From contig NC_043012.1 of assembly GCF_006345805.1 (NCBI RefSeq), positions 24,490,001-24,554,000 on the forward strand: a DNA stretch of 64,000 nucleotides. The letters run 5' to 3'. The notes under the pieces are model-generated. The model searched no databases. It saw only the letters and a list, made by a program, of their open reading frames with translations, and was not told the DNA's origin. The translations under genes were made by a program, and so were the position numbers. Position 1 is the stretch's first letter, and the number at the start of each line of letters is the position of its first letter. This document shows, one piece after another, positions 26,826 to 40,868 of this stretch. Source of the DNA: Octopus sinensis. Its lineage: Eukaryota.

Positions 26826-26863
<38 letters not shown>

Positions 26864-27058
26864 ACACATGCACACACACGTACATGCAAACAGATTTTGT
26901 TCAACTGCGACTGTTCTCAACTGAATTCAACATGCCTGCGAATTTACTTTCATACTATTACAAATATTTATATATTGTGTCTATAAATACTTGCATGTAT
27001 CCCAATGTACGTGCATCACGTACACACACACACACACACTTACACATGTGGATACACA

Positions 27059-27090
<32 letters not shown>

Positions 27091-27226
27091 TACACAGACA
27101 AATGCACACATACAATGCAAACATTCAACATTTCAGAAAAAGAAAGAATAACGTTGGTTGTAAGCTTTTGCTTTGTTTGTGTGACTTTATATCTGTTTTA
27201 TGTTTGTTCTGTTGGGGTTTTTTTTC

Positions 27227-27264
<38 letters not shown>

Positions 27265-27699
27265 ATTTTTCATTTTACTGTTGATTGCTTTTTTTTTTCT
27301 TTTTCTTTTTTGCTTCAGAGTTTTATTATTACCTTTATTATTGCTATTGTTGTTGTTGTTGTTATTTCTCAATCCTGTCTCTCCTGTAAAGCATGTAATC
27401 TAAACTGAAGAATCAATATGAAGTCTGGAGGACGTCGAGCAGGGAAGGGAGGGCCGGGGTGGGAGCAGAAGACGGTTTAATTTTTTTTAATTTTTTTATG
27501 CTTTTTGTCTTCTTGTCTTTCTTTTTTTTGTTCCGGTTCTGTTTGACTTTCGATGATGGACAGATGTACATTTTCAGATATATTTCAAGCCAGATCCTTT
27601 TTGCTGTTGTCTTCACTCTTTATACGGAACAAAAATGCCCGTGACCAAACTTGAAATAATGCAGATGTGTGTCTTTCTCAGTCATATGTGCTGTATATG

Positions 27700-27743
27700 T
27701 TTGAGATGTGTGTGTGTGTATACGCATATGTATATATACATGC

Positions 27744-27781
<38 letters not shown>

Positions 27782-27867
27782 GAAAATATACATATGTAAT
27801 ATGTACATATGTATGTATATATGTATATATACATATGTATATATATATATGTATATATATATGTATG

Positions 27868-27898
<31 letters not shown>

Positions 27899-27957
27899 GT
27901 ATATATATATGTATATATGTATGTATATATATGTGTGTATATATGTATATGTATATA

Positions 27958-28040
<83 letters not shown>

Positions 28041-28132
28041 AATATATATATATGCATATATATATGCATATATATGTGTGTGTATATATGTTTATATATA
28101 TATGAATACGTGTATATGTGTGTATGTATGTA

Positions 28133-28175
<43 letters not shown>
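27700..28175. repeat. Compound (TA)/(TG)/(TATG) array; similar at about 14340-15460, 26630-27110, 34700-35600, 37300-37870, 42500-42730, 55370-55810
   Basis: Direct inspection; these produce the Y/I/M/C/V and H/T-rich ORFs in the track. Confidence 0.95.
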
Positions 28176-28176
<1 letters not shown>

Positions 28177-28453
28177 TTCTGGACCACATCCTAAATAAAT
28201 ACCATCCAGAAGACTTGTTCTCCATATGCTACAAACACTGGTGCTGCTGTTGCTGCAACTACTACCACTGCTACTACTACATGATCAAATCTGCTGAAAC
28301 CCACTTGTGGTGGTTGTATCTACCTCTCTCTTTTCCTCATTTCCATCCCACCATCTCCAAAGGTCTGCACAAAACACCTTACCTATCAATAGCTTTTTCC
28401 ACCTTGAGGACTGTGTCCTCTCTCTCTCTTCGTTATCCGTGTTTTTCCTACAG

Positions 28454-28533
28454 GCATCAATCTACCAAAGTTCAAGCTGTGCACTGACCACATCAACTTC
28501 AAAACAGTGGGACTGGAAAGGGTTTGGGCTTGA
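28454..28533 (+). CDS. Candidate terminal exon; phase 1 reads (G)[25 protein letters not shown]
   Basis: Strong pyrimidine tract ctctctctcttcgttatccgtgtttttcctacAG, non-repetitive sequence, phase compatible with exon A. No donor seen, and U-rich UTR-like sequence follows. Confidence 0.35.
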
Positions 28534-29477
28534 AGCATTGCGACCTCCTCAGAAAGGAAGAAGAAAAATACACAAATTTTTTTGCTTTTTACCAATTTTT
28601 GTATTTCAGACGTATATAGATATTTATTCCTGATGGTGTGTTTTTTTTTTAGAAATATGAGTGAATTTAGGGTTTTTTTTTCTTCTTACCTTGTTGTTGC
28701 TTCTCATATCTGTACATGTATTATTTAATCTGTGTGTGCTTATGTAATTTGTATATATATATTCTATATCTATTTATATATATCCTGCCATTTTAATCCT
28801 CTCCTGTTTTATTTATTTGTTTGTCGGGTTTTTCTGTTTTTGTTTTTTTTTATGGTTATATGGTCACCTGCGAAAGTTAATTAGTGAGGAGCATTATTGC
28901 CAATCTGTTGTCGTTCCTTCTTCTTTTACCTGTCTGTTGTGTCATGACTGGCTCACATGTCTTTCATTGCATTATCATCTACCATCATCTACAAACACTT
29001 TCACAAAACAGTATCATGTTAATACTAACCCAAACAATTTACTGCCCCCTCCCCCGAGCAATACATCTTTGCTACATTTTTTTTTTTCAATCCTTATTTG
29101 ACCATTAGCCATTAGTGGTGTGGTGTATATTCATACTTAATTTCTCTAATACAATCTCAACGATCTAATTAGATATTCTGTGAATTTCTATATTAAATTT
29201 GTACTTTTAATTTGAACGACATCGTTTCTAATCTAGAAATTAAAAGAAAAGACTAGAATTCTGAAATGAGATGCGAAACTTAATGAAAATTATATATATA
29301 TATATATTATATATATATATATATATCTGTGTGTGTGTATAATGAATGCATATATACGTAATGTATGCATGTATGCCGTTAATAGGCCAGTTACTGCAGT
29401 ATTCAGCTGTGTACATGCATACATTAAATATGATACAAAATGGTGTTATTTTAATTTCATACTATCACAATTGTGTC

Positions 29478-29515
<38 letters not shown>

Positions 29516-29529
29516 TGTGTGTGTGTGTG

Positions 29530-29717
29530 TAGGAAGAAGTGACAAGAAAACAAAAGACGAAGACAGGTGGTGTAGATAACAAACAGATGTATTGGTTTAA
29601 GGCTTGGGAAGTGAAAAAGTCTTTAATGTTCAGAACCTGCGCTCTTCCACGGAAAGGAGTGTAGAAAGAAACAAGGAGAGAAAATAAAAAATGTGTAGTG
29701 GCTAGCGATCTGTCATG
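29530..29717 (-). mobile_element. Second P2 pLTR fragment with decayed hammerhead (about 29620-29657)
   Basis: Shares caaaagacgaagacaggtggtgta...aaacagatgtatt and tgtagtggctaRcgatct with 21758-21960. Confidence 0.6.
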
Positions 29718-30483
29718 GTGAATGCTGGACAGAGATGTCACACAGGAGAGCTAGGAAGAAGGGGAAATAATAAAGTAGTGGTGATCCCAAAACAAAAGTT
29801 CGCGTGCATGTGTATAAGGGAGCATGTACATACGTGTGGAAGAGGGCCGGTGACCTTGATGTGTGCATGTGTAGCTGTGTGGATGATGGTGTGGGGCTGG
29901 GAAGGGGTCAGTGCTAGTGTGTGCATGGTGGTGTGATGTTATGTGGTGTGTGTGTATTGTGGTGTGGTAATGTGTGGGTGGTGTGGTGGTGTTAGGATGT
30001 GGAGGAGGCAAGAGTAGGGAAAGCAAGGGTGGGGTGTAAGTTAGGCTGAGGGGGTAGAGTGTGGGGTATGTGGGAGTGGGTGTAAGGGATGGGATGGATA
30101 GGGAAGGTGGAGTTACGAGAGAGGGATGATGATGAAGGGAGAGGGGAAAGGAGAAGGTGGGTAGGAATGAAGAGAAGAAAGAAGCAGGGTAGGAGTGAAG
30201 AGAAGTAAGAGTTGGAGAAAGAGAGGAGAAGTGGGTAGGAGGAAATAGGTGTGAGAGGAAGAGAGGAGAGGGGAGGAGGGTTAGATGAAGAGAAGAGGAG
30301 AGTTGAGCCCATGTGGCACAAAGGAGTAAAGGGAGAAGATTAATCCCTGTATATATATATATATATAGATTTATCTTTGTTTTATGTTACAATAATGTAA
30401 AAGTGGTCAATATATAGAATGGGAAACTCAACTATTCTAGAGTGGAGCTTTAGGTTTAGATAAAAGGATATATAAATATACCC

Positions 30484-30514
<31 letters not shown>

Positions 30515-30934
30515 TATTTTCAATTATGATGGTTACATTTCAAATGTTATGTTTAGACAAGAATCCGGAAAGAAGTAAGGATTAAAAAAAATATGCGTGT
30601 GTTAGTAGTTATTTTTATGTGTATGTATATGTGTGTGCATGCATATATATGTGTGTGTGTTCTATTATTCCGTTACTTGTGTCAGCCATTGGACCGTGTG
30701 AGTGTGTCTGTGTGTAGCTTCTGCATAGTTTACACTCACCAAATTCCACTTGCTGGACATTGATCAATTCAGTCCCACGGCTGATGATACCAAATATCGG
30801 TTGAAAATGCCATGCCATGCAGTCAGGAAGTGGGACTTGTTGGCAATACGGGGCCCATGTCTGAGAGAATGATATTAGTTCGATTATGTGTTGCGTCATT
30901 GGAACACTATTCAGATGGGTTCTCTGTGTCTTTG

Positions 30935-31207
30935 ATCTCTTACTTATTTCAGTCAGTGGACAATGGCCATGCTGGAGCACTGCCTTGAAGGGTTTTAGCC
31001 AAGCAGATCAACACCAGCAGCTTTATTAAAGTCTAGTACTCGTTCTGTCAGTTGTTTTACCGAGCTGCTAAGCTATGGGGACATAAACAAACCAGCACTG
31101 GTGGTCAAGCAATGATGGGATAACAAGAAACACACAGACATACACTCCATACCAGAATGAACAATGGACATTAAATGAGGGGGATACACTCATACATACA
31201 TACATAC

Positions 31208-31238
<31 letters not shown>

Positions 31239-31483
31239 CATACATACATACATACATACATACATACACACATACATACATACATGCATACACACACACA
31301 CACACTCACACACACACACATTCAGACAACTGTCTTCTATAAAGTTTCTGCCTACCAAATTCACTCACAAAGCAATGGTCACCTCAGGGCTATAGCAGAA
31401 GACACTTGCCTAAAGTGCTGCACGGTGGGACTGAACCTGAAACCATGTGGCTGCAAGGCAAGCTTCTTAACCACACAGCCATG
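30935..31483 (-). mobile_element. Decayed SINE family B with (TACA)n expansion
   Basis: ggccatgctggagcactgcc...gaagacacttgcctaaagtg...aaccacacagcc. Confidence 0.8.
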
Positions 31484-31908
31484 CTGAAAAAGAGGAATGG
31501 TAGGGTCAAGTGAAATAGACGAGCCTTGTCCTCTCCATTTCTCCCAGCTCACTTCTACATCCTGCAGCATTGTAGATGTTCAGACTTGTTCAGAGTACGT
31601 GTTATTGGTTCAGTGGGGTGGCCATGTAATATTTTAGCATTCTGTCATCTTTGGTAATTAATGGTGGGACCTTAATGAATTAGCTGGAAGATATGTTATT
31701 GAATGTCTTAGAGTGACACTTCTCTTATATACACAAGTGTATTCATGTGTATTTACATATGTATATTTGTATATGTGTATGTATATATATACATGTACGT
31801 GTGTATTCATATATATATACATATATACACACACATGTATACTCAGCTCTTTGTTTATATATGTATGTGTGTATATGTGTATGTGTGTATAAAGTGTATG
31901 TTTATTTA

Positions 31909-31944
<36 letters not shown>

Positions 31945-32229
31945 CCTATATATATCAACAGAACAAAATCAATATAATTAAATTTATTATTCATAGATTT
32001 CAAGTTATTAAATAGTATTTTGGACATTAATTGTAAATAGATAAATTCAAAATGATATTCGTACGAGTTTACCGTTGTGTTTTTCTTTTAGTTGGGTTTG
32101 TGTTATTGTTGTTTTGGTGTTTTTGGTGTTTTTTTTTTATTCTAAATATTTTAGACCAATGTCTCTGGAATTAGGGGCTGTTCTGAATTGTTTTGGTGTG
32201 TGAAGTCGCACATACACACACACTATGCA

Positions 32230-32266
<37 letters not shown>

Positions 32267-32639
32267 AACAATGAATCTTTTAATCAAATAAACAAGTGGT
32301 TCTCCTTTATTGACACAATAATTGAGAATGTATTGACAGAGTTGGGACATAAATGGAGCAAGCATTAATCTATACAACTTCCATAATTACAATCTATGCA
32401 TTTAATTCTCCTTTCCCCCACCTACCTCACTACTCATAACTCCCACTTCACCTCCCTTGTGTGTGTGTGTGTGTATTAGTTAGTGCCTGTCAATGAGCTG
32501 ATTTCAGTTTGTAATTATAGACATAAAACCCAGATTAATCACACTTGAAGAAAGAGTTGTCCAGGCTAAAATTTTCATTCTCTACTTGTAGAACTTATGT
32601 TGCCGATGACGTTGATGATGATGATGATGATGATGATAG

Positions 32640-32844
32640 GCCTTTCTACTATAGAAATTTTGAGGAAGGGGGTTGGTTGCTTACATCAGCTGCGATGTTC
32701 AACCAGTTATTTATAATATTGATCCCAAAGGGATGAATGGCAAAGTTGACCTCGGTAGAATTTGAACTCAGAATGTAAAAAAGGCAGACAAAATACCACT
32801 AAGCATTTTGTCCAGTGGGCTAATCAATCTGACAGCTCACCACC

Positions 32845-32882
<38 letters not shown>

Positions 32883-33400
32883 CCTTTCTACCATTAGCAC
32901 AAGGCCTGAAATTTAGATCAATCCCAGTATGCAACTCGTACTTAATTTATTAACCCCAATAGGATGAAAAGCAAAGTTGACCTCGGTAGAATTTGAACCC
33001 CAAATGTAAAGATGGACAAAATACCACAAAGCATTTTGCCCCACGTGCTAACGATTCTGCCAGCTTGCTGCCTTGATATAACGACTCATGTCCCTGCTGT
33101 TGATTGGCTTTTTATTTGCCCTTAGTTGGAAGAACAACAAGGCAGAGCTCACCTCAGCAGGATTCAAACTCAGAATGCAAAAGGTAATAACTAGAGACTG
33201 CACAGTATTTTTATTGAGTTGAGCCCCAGTATATGACTGGTATTCATTGCTTTCATCCTAAAAGAGCTGGATGAAAAGCAAAGGCTAAAGCTTACCAGAG
33301 TGAGGTTTGAACTCAGAGAAAGAGAGAGAGATAGAAGAAGTAAATGTGGTAAAGCATTTAGTCTGCTCCTGTACCATTCCTGTCCTGTCACCATCGCTAG
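32640..33400 (-). mobile_element. Stack of four same-orientation SINE A fragments
   Basis: Repeated ggatgaa..ggcaaagttgacctcgg..gaatttgaactcag motifs at about 32730, 32960, 33140 and 33270. Confidence 0.8.
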
Positions 33401-33990
33401 CAGGAATGATTAGAGGAGACATCTTTGGTATTAGGAAGGGCATCCAGCTGTGGAAGAGGCCATGCCAAAAGCAGACACTAGAGACTGAAGCAGTCCTCTT
33501 CTTCTTTGGATCCTGTCAAACCATCAAACGCTTGCCAACATGGAACTGGATATTAAATGATGTTTATAAAGGTTATGATGAGTTTACAGCATTGAAAAAT
33601 TTAGAGGGAAGTTCGTTGGACTGAACCACTGTACCACTGGCATTTATTGGCCCCTGGAGGACTAAAAGGTGTACTCAAGTTTTATATGATACGAAACCCT
33701 CCACCACCATAGGGAATAATAATCAGTGAGGTCGTTCTTTGTAGATAGATGCATTAATGTATTTAAGCATCGATGTGTATCTGCACACATCCTTTTGTGT
33801 GGTTATATATGTGATGGAAGTGGCTGGGGTCCTTGGAAGGACTGCATTCCTCTATTTCTTGGTTCTGTGGTGAAGAGGAATGCTTCATAGCAGCTAATCC
33901 TCCCCCTCCCCCACCAATCCTCACTTCACACACCTTGGTGTACATGCTCCTTGTTCCTGTAACCCAATTCAATCATTGTTATGGTTTGCA

Positions 33991-34038
<48 letters not shown>

Positions 34039-34769
34039 CACTCTCTCTCTCTTTCTATATACATACAACATATATATATATATATTTATATATATATACA
34101 CACACATATATATATATATATGTTTACACACACATGCCTTTATATGTCTTTATATAAATGTATGTAGGTGCAATGTATGCACACAGATGCACATACACAT
34201 GCAATGGTTTCCATAAGAAGACTAAATACTAAGATGCACATACTCCATTGCTTCACTGTATTTCTTGAAGCCTGAAGCCTGTCCACTAATATTCCTACTC
34301 CACTTATTGTGCTGGCCATTTCTACTCTGTGACTTGCCCTTTCTGCTAGAAGCAAAAATGGCTTTCCTTATATTTAGCAATCTACTGGCTTCCACCCAAG
34401 AGAAGTGCGCCTCCTCCTCCTCCTCCTGCTTTTTCTTTCAGCAATCCACCCATACCATCTCCACCTTTATTAATGCTCTCAGCGACAGCTGTAGTTTTCT
34501 TTCAACAAACAGCTTTTGCATTGCTTTGCTGCAGTTGAGTAGCTTTCAAAATGAGCATTAGTTCATCTTTTTGGATGTTCCACTTCTGTCTGTTTTTCTT
34601 CTTCAAGGTTGTATGTTATGGTTTTATGTTTAGTGTTTGCAGTTCTAATGTGTAAGTAAATTGGAAATATCTGCATCTGTGTGTGTGTGTGGTGTGCATT
34701 AAAATGTGCACTTACATGTATGTGTATGGTGCATAAATGTGTGCTTGTGTGTATTTATGTGTGTGTGTG

Positions 34770-34807
<38 letters not shown>

Positions 34808-34839
34808 TATATGTATGTGCATGTACGTGGTGGTGTATG

Positions 34840-34923
<84 letters not shown>

Positions 34924-35102
34924 CACAACATGCACGTACATATTCATATATATAATATATATATACACACACAAACGGACACATGTAGATATATTATTCA
35001 CACATATATGTATGAATGTATGTTTATGCGAATGGTAAAGTTCTATAGTTTACCTATGTTTGGTACATGTTTATTGCAAGACTTGATATAACTCCGCTAG
35101 AA

Positions 35103-35153
<51 letters not shown>

Positions 35154-35448
35154 ACTTGATAGACTTACACCCAGGAGAGAGCTTACCTGAGTTCTGTTGA
35201 TTTTGAATCCCTATTCCTCTTAATATATATAAATATAAAGATACACATACACACAGGACACCAAACACACACACATTCACACATTCTTGCATACACAAGG
35301 TGAGGGGTGTTTTTGGGGGGTGTTATATAAATATTTGTTTAGTTGTAGTTTATATATATATTATAGATATATATATATGTGTGTGGGGTGTGTGTATATA
35401 TTATATATATATATATGTGGGTGTGTGTGTATATTATATATATATATA

Positions 35449-35509
<61 letters not shown>

Positions 35510-35898
35510 GTTATATATATTATATATATAATATATATATATAATATATAGATATATGTATGTATGTATGTATGTATGTATATATAATCATTCATGCTAA
35601 ACCATTGTGTGTGTGTGTTTGTAGTGAAAATAGCTCAATTTTGTTGATTCTTCATGTTTTGAATCTTTAGATATCACTTTGAGGATAATGGATTCTTGTC
35701 TGAAAACATTTGCCATAATCTTTTCTTTTTAGATTCTTGCTTTGAATACTTAGACGAATAATAATGCGAACCTATATTATTAAAAACAACTACATTGGCA
35801 ATAAAGGCTTAACTTTCCTCTCCAGTTTTTGCTTGCAAAACTTTGTTTCAGTTCTCTTTTTTTTTTTTACATAAAGCTGATACTGAGATCATTTAAAA

Positions 35899-35950
<52 letters not shown>

Positions 35951-36558
35951 TTCACAACAGAAGCAGCTACAACAGCAGTATGAACACCACAGGCACCACT
36001 ATCACCATTGATTAATCAGTTGTTTCGACTGTGTTTTTGTTTGTTCTTTTATCTTTTCTTTTTTTTTTTTCTTTTTTTTTTTTTTTAGCTTTCTTTTGTG
36101 ATCTCCAATTGACTCTCTGAATAACTGGCTGTTTATGCTGACATTAGGTCTTGAAGTGCTTGTCTCCTGTGTTAAGTGTGTATATGTGTGTTCAATTGTG
36201 CATGTGTGTGTGTGTGTGTGTGTGTAGCCTTGTGAGTGTTTGTGTGTATGTCATATTTCCTCTGTGTAGGTCCTGTTCTTATCTTTTCTTATTATGATGT
36301 ATATATAATAGTTATTTAATAGTATTTAGTCTGAAGAATTTGGCTCAACTTATTTTAGACTAGAGAAAGAGTTTTCTCCTTAAAATGAGTATTATTATTA
36401 TTATTATTATTATTTGTTATGATTTTGTTATCATTACTGTTTATTATTATTATTATTAATATTATTTTTATTATTATTATTATTATTAATATTATTTCTT
36501 TATTACCTTTTTATTTTACCTTCTTACCTTTTTGTTTTACTTTATTACTATTTATCAT

Positions 36559-36590
<32 letters not shown>

Positions 36591-36600
36591 ATTATTATTA

Positions 36601-36643
<43 letters not shown>

Positions 36644-36660
36644 ATTATTATTATTATTAA

Positions 36661-36717
<57 letters not shown>

Positions 36718-37100
36718 GCTATCATTATATCATTATTTATTTAATTATTTATTATCATTATTGTTGATGTTTACAATCATTTTCTTCAATAAAAACTGTA
36801 GAAACTCTACTGATAAGATCTGAAGATAAATATACATACATATATACACACACATATATATATATATACATATACATATACATAAACATATATATATGTA
36901 TATATATATGTATATATATGTATGTGTATATATATATATATATATATTTGTATATCTACATCTACTAATTGTTAAAGTTAAGTCTCTGTTAATTGCTGTA
37001 TGCCATTATTTTCCCATTTTAATCGAGAGGTTTAGTCGTATTATTTTAGTGTCTTTAGTTTTTCCATTGTCCAATTGATGTTATGTCCCCTACTCCACAG

Positions 37101-37193
37101 GGTTGGACAATTCCACTGGCGAGGTGCTTGGGACTACCATTATGGAGCATCAGCTTGGGGGTGACATTTCATTTAATACTAATAGCCTTGCAG
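37101..37193 (+). CDS. Candidate internal exon B, paralog of exon A (93 nt, phase 1-1): (G)LDNSTGEVLGTTIMEHQLGGDISFNTNSLA
   Basis: Identical acceptor tgtcccctactccacAG and donor CAG|GTTAGT. Differs from exon A by 9- and 6-nt in-frame indels. Phase 0 is also open here (GWTIPLARCLGLPLW...). Confidence 0.55.
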
Positions 37194-37264
37194 GTTAGTA
37201 ATTATTTATGATCCCAATTTCATCATTTTATCTCTGGTTCTTTTAAGGACGTTCTAGTTTCATG

Positions 37265-37304
<40 letters not shown>

Positions 37305-37773
37305 AATTCTACAATTTATATATATACATACGTATATATATATATAATTTCTTTGTTTTCTATAATTTTTAAACATTGTTTTTATTTATTTATTTTATTT
37401 TTTTCCACGTTCTATTTTCTGCAAAATTTTACAAATGTAACATGTGTGTGTGTGTGTGGTGTGTGTGTATATATATATATACATATATATATTCTATATA
37501 TATATATATATATATATTGTGTGTGTGTGTACACATACATGCATACATGTGCACACATATGTACATATACATATATGCATACATGTACACATATATATAC
37601 AAATACATACATGCATTCACACATGTATACATATATATATATATATATATACATGTGTGTGTTTGAATATCTATACTTATATATATGCACACATGTATGT
37701 TGTGTGTGTATATATACGTATATGTATATATATATATAGTATGTATATATATACGTATGTATATATACATATG

Positions 37774-37806
<33 letters not shown>

Positions 37807-38329
37807 TATATCTATATATATGTATATATATGTGTATATATATATATATTATCTATATATATATATATATGATGGTTAAGAGATGTCCCATTTATGTTGA
37901 AGTTTAAAGCCAGATCGTTTTGCTTTTTTTTTTCACCCACTCCCAGTATATTTTTAGTTGTTTCTTTTCAAATTTTTAGTATTTACAAAAAAAAAAAAAA
38001 GAAAATGAAATTCTCTGAGAAAAATTTGAAAATGTTAGTTTTAATTTCTGCCATTGATTCTTCTTCCAATTTGTCTTTTGGTATGTTAGAATATCATGAG
38101 TCTTACTGCTTTCTCTCACTTTAGCTCTTTTCATTATTTTGGAAGACAGTTCATAATTTATCTCTTTTTCTTCTCTCTTCCCCCTCGTTCCCCACTTGAA
38201 GTCTACATTAGGCAGTAGTTATCTTATTGGTCTGTGGATAATCTCAGGAGGATATAATCTATTGATTAACTCTGATATTTTATTCCTAGTCCATTTTTAT
38301 CAGTTTCATATATATATATTATATATATA

Positions 38330-38382
<53 letters not shown>

Positions 38383-38706
38383 CATATATATGCATACATA
38401 CATGCATACATACACATACACATCCATATATGTATGTATCTCTGTATATATCTATATTCTCAAGAATCTCTTGGTTGTGTTCTAATTTTCCAAATGGCCT
38501 CACTATCTGCAACTGGTTCCCTTCAGCTGATTTCCTTTTTTTGTTTTGTACTTTTGTTTTGATCCTTTTTTTTTCTTCATTGTATTACAAATCCCTGGGT
38601 TAAATGATTCCTGTATTTATCATTGGTGTTGTGTTTTATTGTTGTTGTTGCTGTTATCATTATTGTTATCATTATGGCTTTGTGTTGTTGACTGCAGCTC
38701 TCTATG

Positions 38707-38739
<33 letters not shown>

Positions 38740-38999
38740 TTTGTTTATATAGATTTGTGTGCTGATGCTGTATTCTTGACTTATATATTTATATATATAT
38801 ATATAGTGACTGACTAAATTATATGCTGTGTAAAAATATTGTTGTATATTATTGGCAAAATATTCTGTTGTTTGATCTGAAGAGAAATTGTTATAATTTA
38901 TTGTATTAAAACAAAAATGTAAAATATATGAAAAAGAAAAAAGTTTGTTTATAAGATACTTTTGTACCATTGGTTAGTTTGCCTTCAAGAAAATATCAG

Positions 39000-39480
39000 G
39001 ATACCATCCAAGAAGATCATAATTTAATATCCGACCACACTACTCTACACTATTCTTAGCAAAATTGGAAATCTTCATTTTCAATTTCATTATTTGCTCT
39101 AACTGTTAACATGTATCATCCAAAAGTCCGACACATTTTCAGAGCCTCAAGTTCATTGTAAAAATTATCAAATGTTTTGTTGGTTTACTTTGATTTCAAA
39201 TTCTTCCACGATTATTATATCTTGAAGTGGAATCCATCAGGTTAATATATTTTCTCTTGAAGAATTCATTTTGATGTGCAAACAACCCGAAAATGATGTC
39301 CTCAAAAGACACTTCCCTGATCCATTGGGTTTTTATTCCAAACTTGTCATTCAGTAAAGAACTAAAGGAACTTTAATTTGAAAACAAATTCAAATCTCTT
39401 TGCTTGATTGTTCTGAAAAATATGTAAAAGTTTTGAGTGAAGTTCCAAGTGCTTAGAATAATTTAATAATTCTAAAATTT
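39000..39480 (-). pseudogene. Possible heavily degraded coding fossil (retroelement ORF?)
   Basis: Interrupted peptides such as SLLNDKFGIKTQWIREVSFEDIIFGLF and TFDNFYNELEALK; loose resemblance to L1/Tx1 ORF2 C-terminus only. Confidence 0.25.
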
Positions 39481-40341
39481 GGACTGGGGAGGGAAAAGAG
39501 TTGTGTATTTGGGTGATGTTTCTAGTTTCTTTCTGTGTTTGATGGGTTGATAGAATCAACATGCTTATTATGTATGATTAAATGATTGCATCTTCATCTT
39601 CACTGTATTTATTCTTTACACTGGTCTCAATCTTAAGAGAAAATTGATGGGTAACAAAACAATAAAAATAAAAGGACAGTGCTTAATTGAACTTAAGAAA
39701 ATTAATCAGAATATCTTACTGTATTTAAAACTTACGACCATAGAGTAAACACAAACATAACCTCCCCTCCCACCCATCCCCACCCCAGCTCAATTACTTT
39801 TGCAGTTCAAAATTTTGTGTAATCGCTATAAGCAAATGATATAAATAACTTGAATCTTGAAGTATATCTGTAATCATTTCTTGGGAGATGGGACTAAGCA
39901 AAAAGATGTGATAGGTACAAGGCACTAATTGAGATTATGGAGGTAATTATTAAAGAACTGTCTGCCTTATTTTCAGTAAAGTGGTCTTATTTATAGATTG
40001 TGTGAGTTCTGTAACAGCTGGTCACTTGAGATCTATAAAGAAAAATTTATATATTTTTCTGAAATAACTTCTAAAAAAAAATCATCTTCTTGAAAAACAA
40101 TGACTTAACTATTTGCCTCGCTCTTTCCAAAACAATTTGATTCCATATATATATATATTCTTTTAGTATTTATATCTTTCTTTTTTTTTTTTTAAAGAGC
40201 CATTAACATTTCGAACAGTGTGAGTGATGAGCATGAGTGAGTGCTCAACACAAGTGAGCAGATGTGCTTGGTTGGAGGTGTAGTACGTTTATACATAATT
40301 ATTATAATTACATATACATATATTTAGATACATGTCTCTTT

Positions 40342-40372
<31 letters not shown>

Positions 40373-40868
40373 GATATATACAATCACACACACATTCATA
40401 AGCATATAATCTTGCACTTATCAGTACAAGTAAAGGCAAATAAGTGAACATCAGTAAATAAATATATGAAAGCCACAACTTGCCTCTCCTCAGAGACGAT
40501 GAAATCAGTCAAGCATTGGTAGATATAACAATACAAGATGCCAATTGTCTTTATTCGTTTATTACAATTCCAAATACACACACACACACACACGTGTTTG
40601 TGTATTTGGACACAACAACTTGCACCAGATTCTGTTATTGTTGTTGTTGTTGCCAAAACTATGACATAATGTCTTGCTGATTGCTGCATCCAAATTGCTG
40701 GCAGATAGTGTGGAAAGAGCCATGGTAATTAAATCTTGATACGATTTTCTGCAAGTGCTTATTGAGCACTTCAGTGTTTCACATGGAAAACAAAGCAAAA
40801 AAACACACACATACACACACACACAGCAACCTCTAACCACATTGTTTACAACACAGATACATGTATAA

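Noticed and set aside
27708-28487. Longest ORF in the track (259 aa) and the many similar YI/CV/HT, poly-L, poly-E, poly-H and poly-F ORFs
   Set aside because: Translations of TA/TG/CA and triplet microsatellites that happen to lack stops in some frames.
28454-28533. Serpin-like LPKFKL motif
   Set aside because: Downstream spacing does not fit, a stop follows within about 20 codons, and no other serpin exons are visible.
35187-35218. Minus-strand 32-nt exon with CAG|GTAAGC donor
   Set aside because: Weak TA-repeat acceptor, isolated, and no partner exons.
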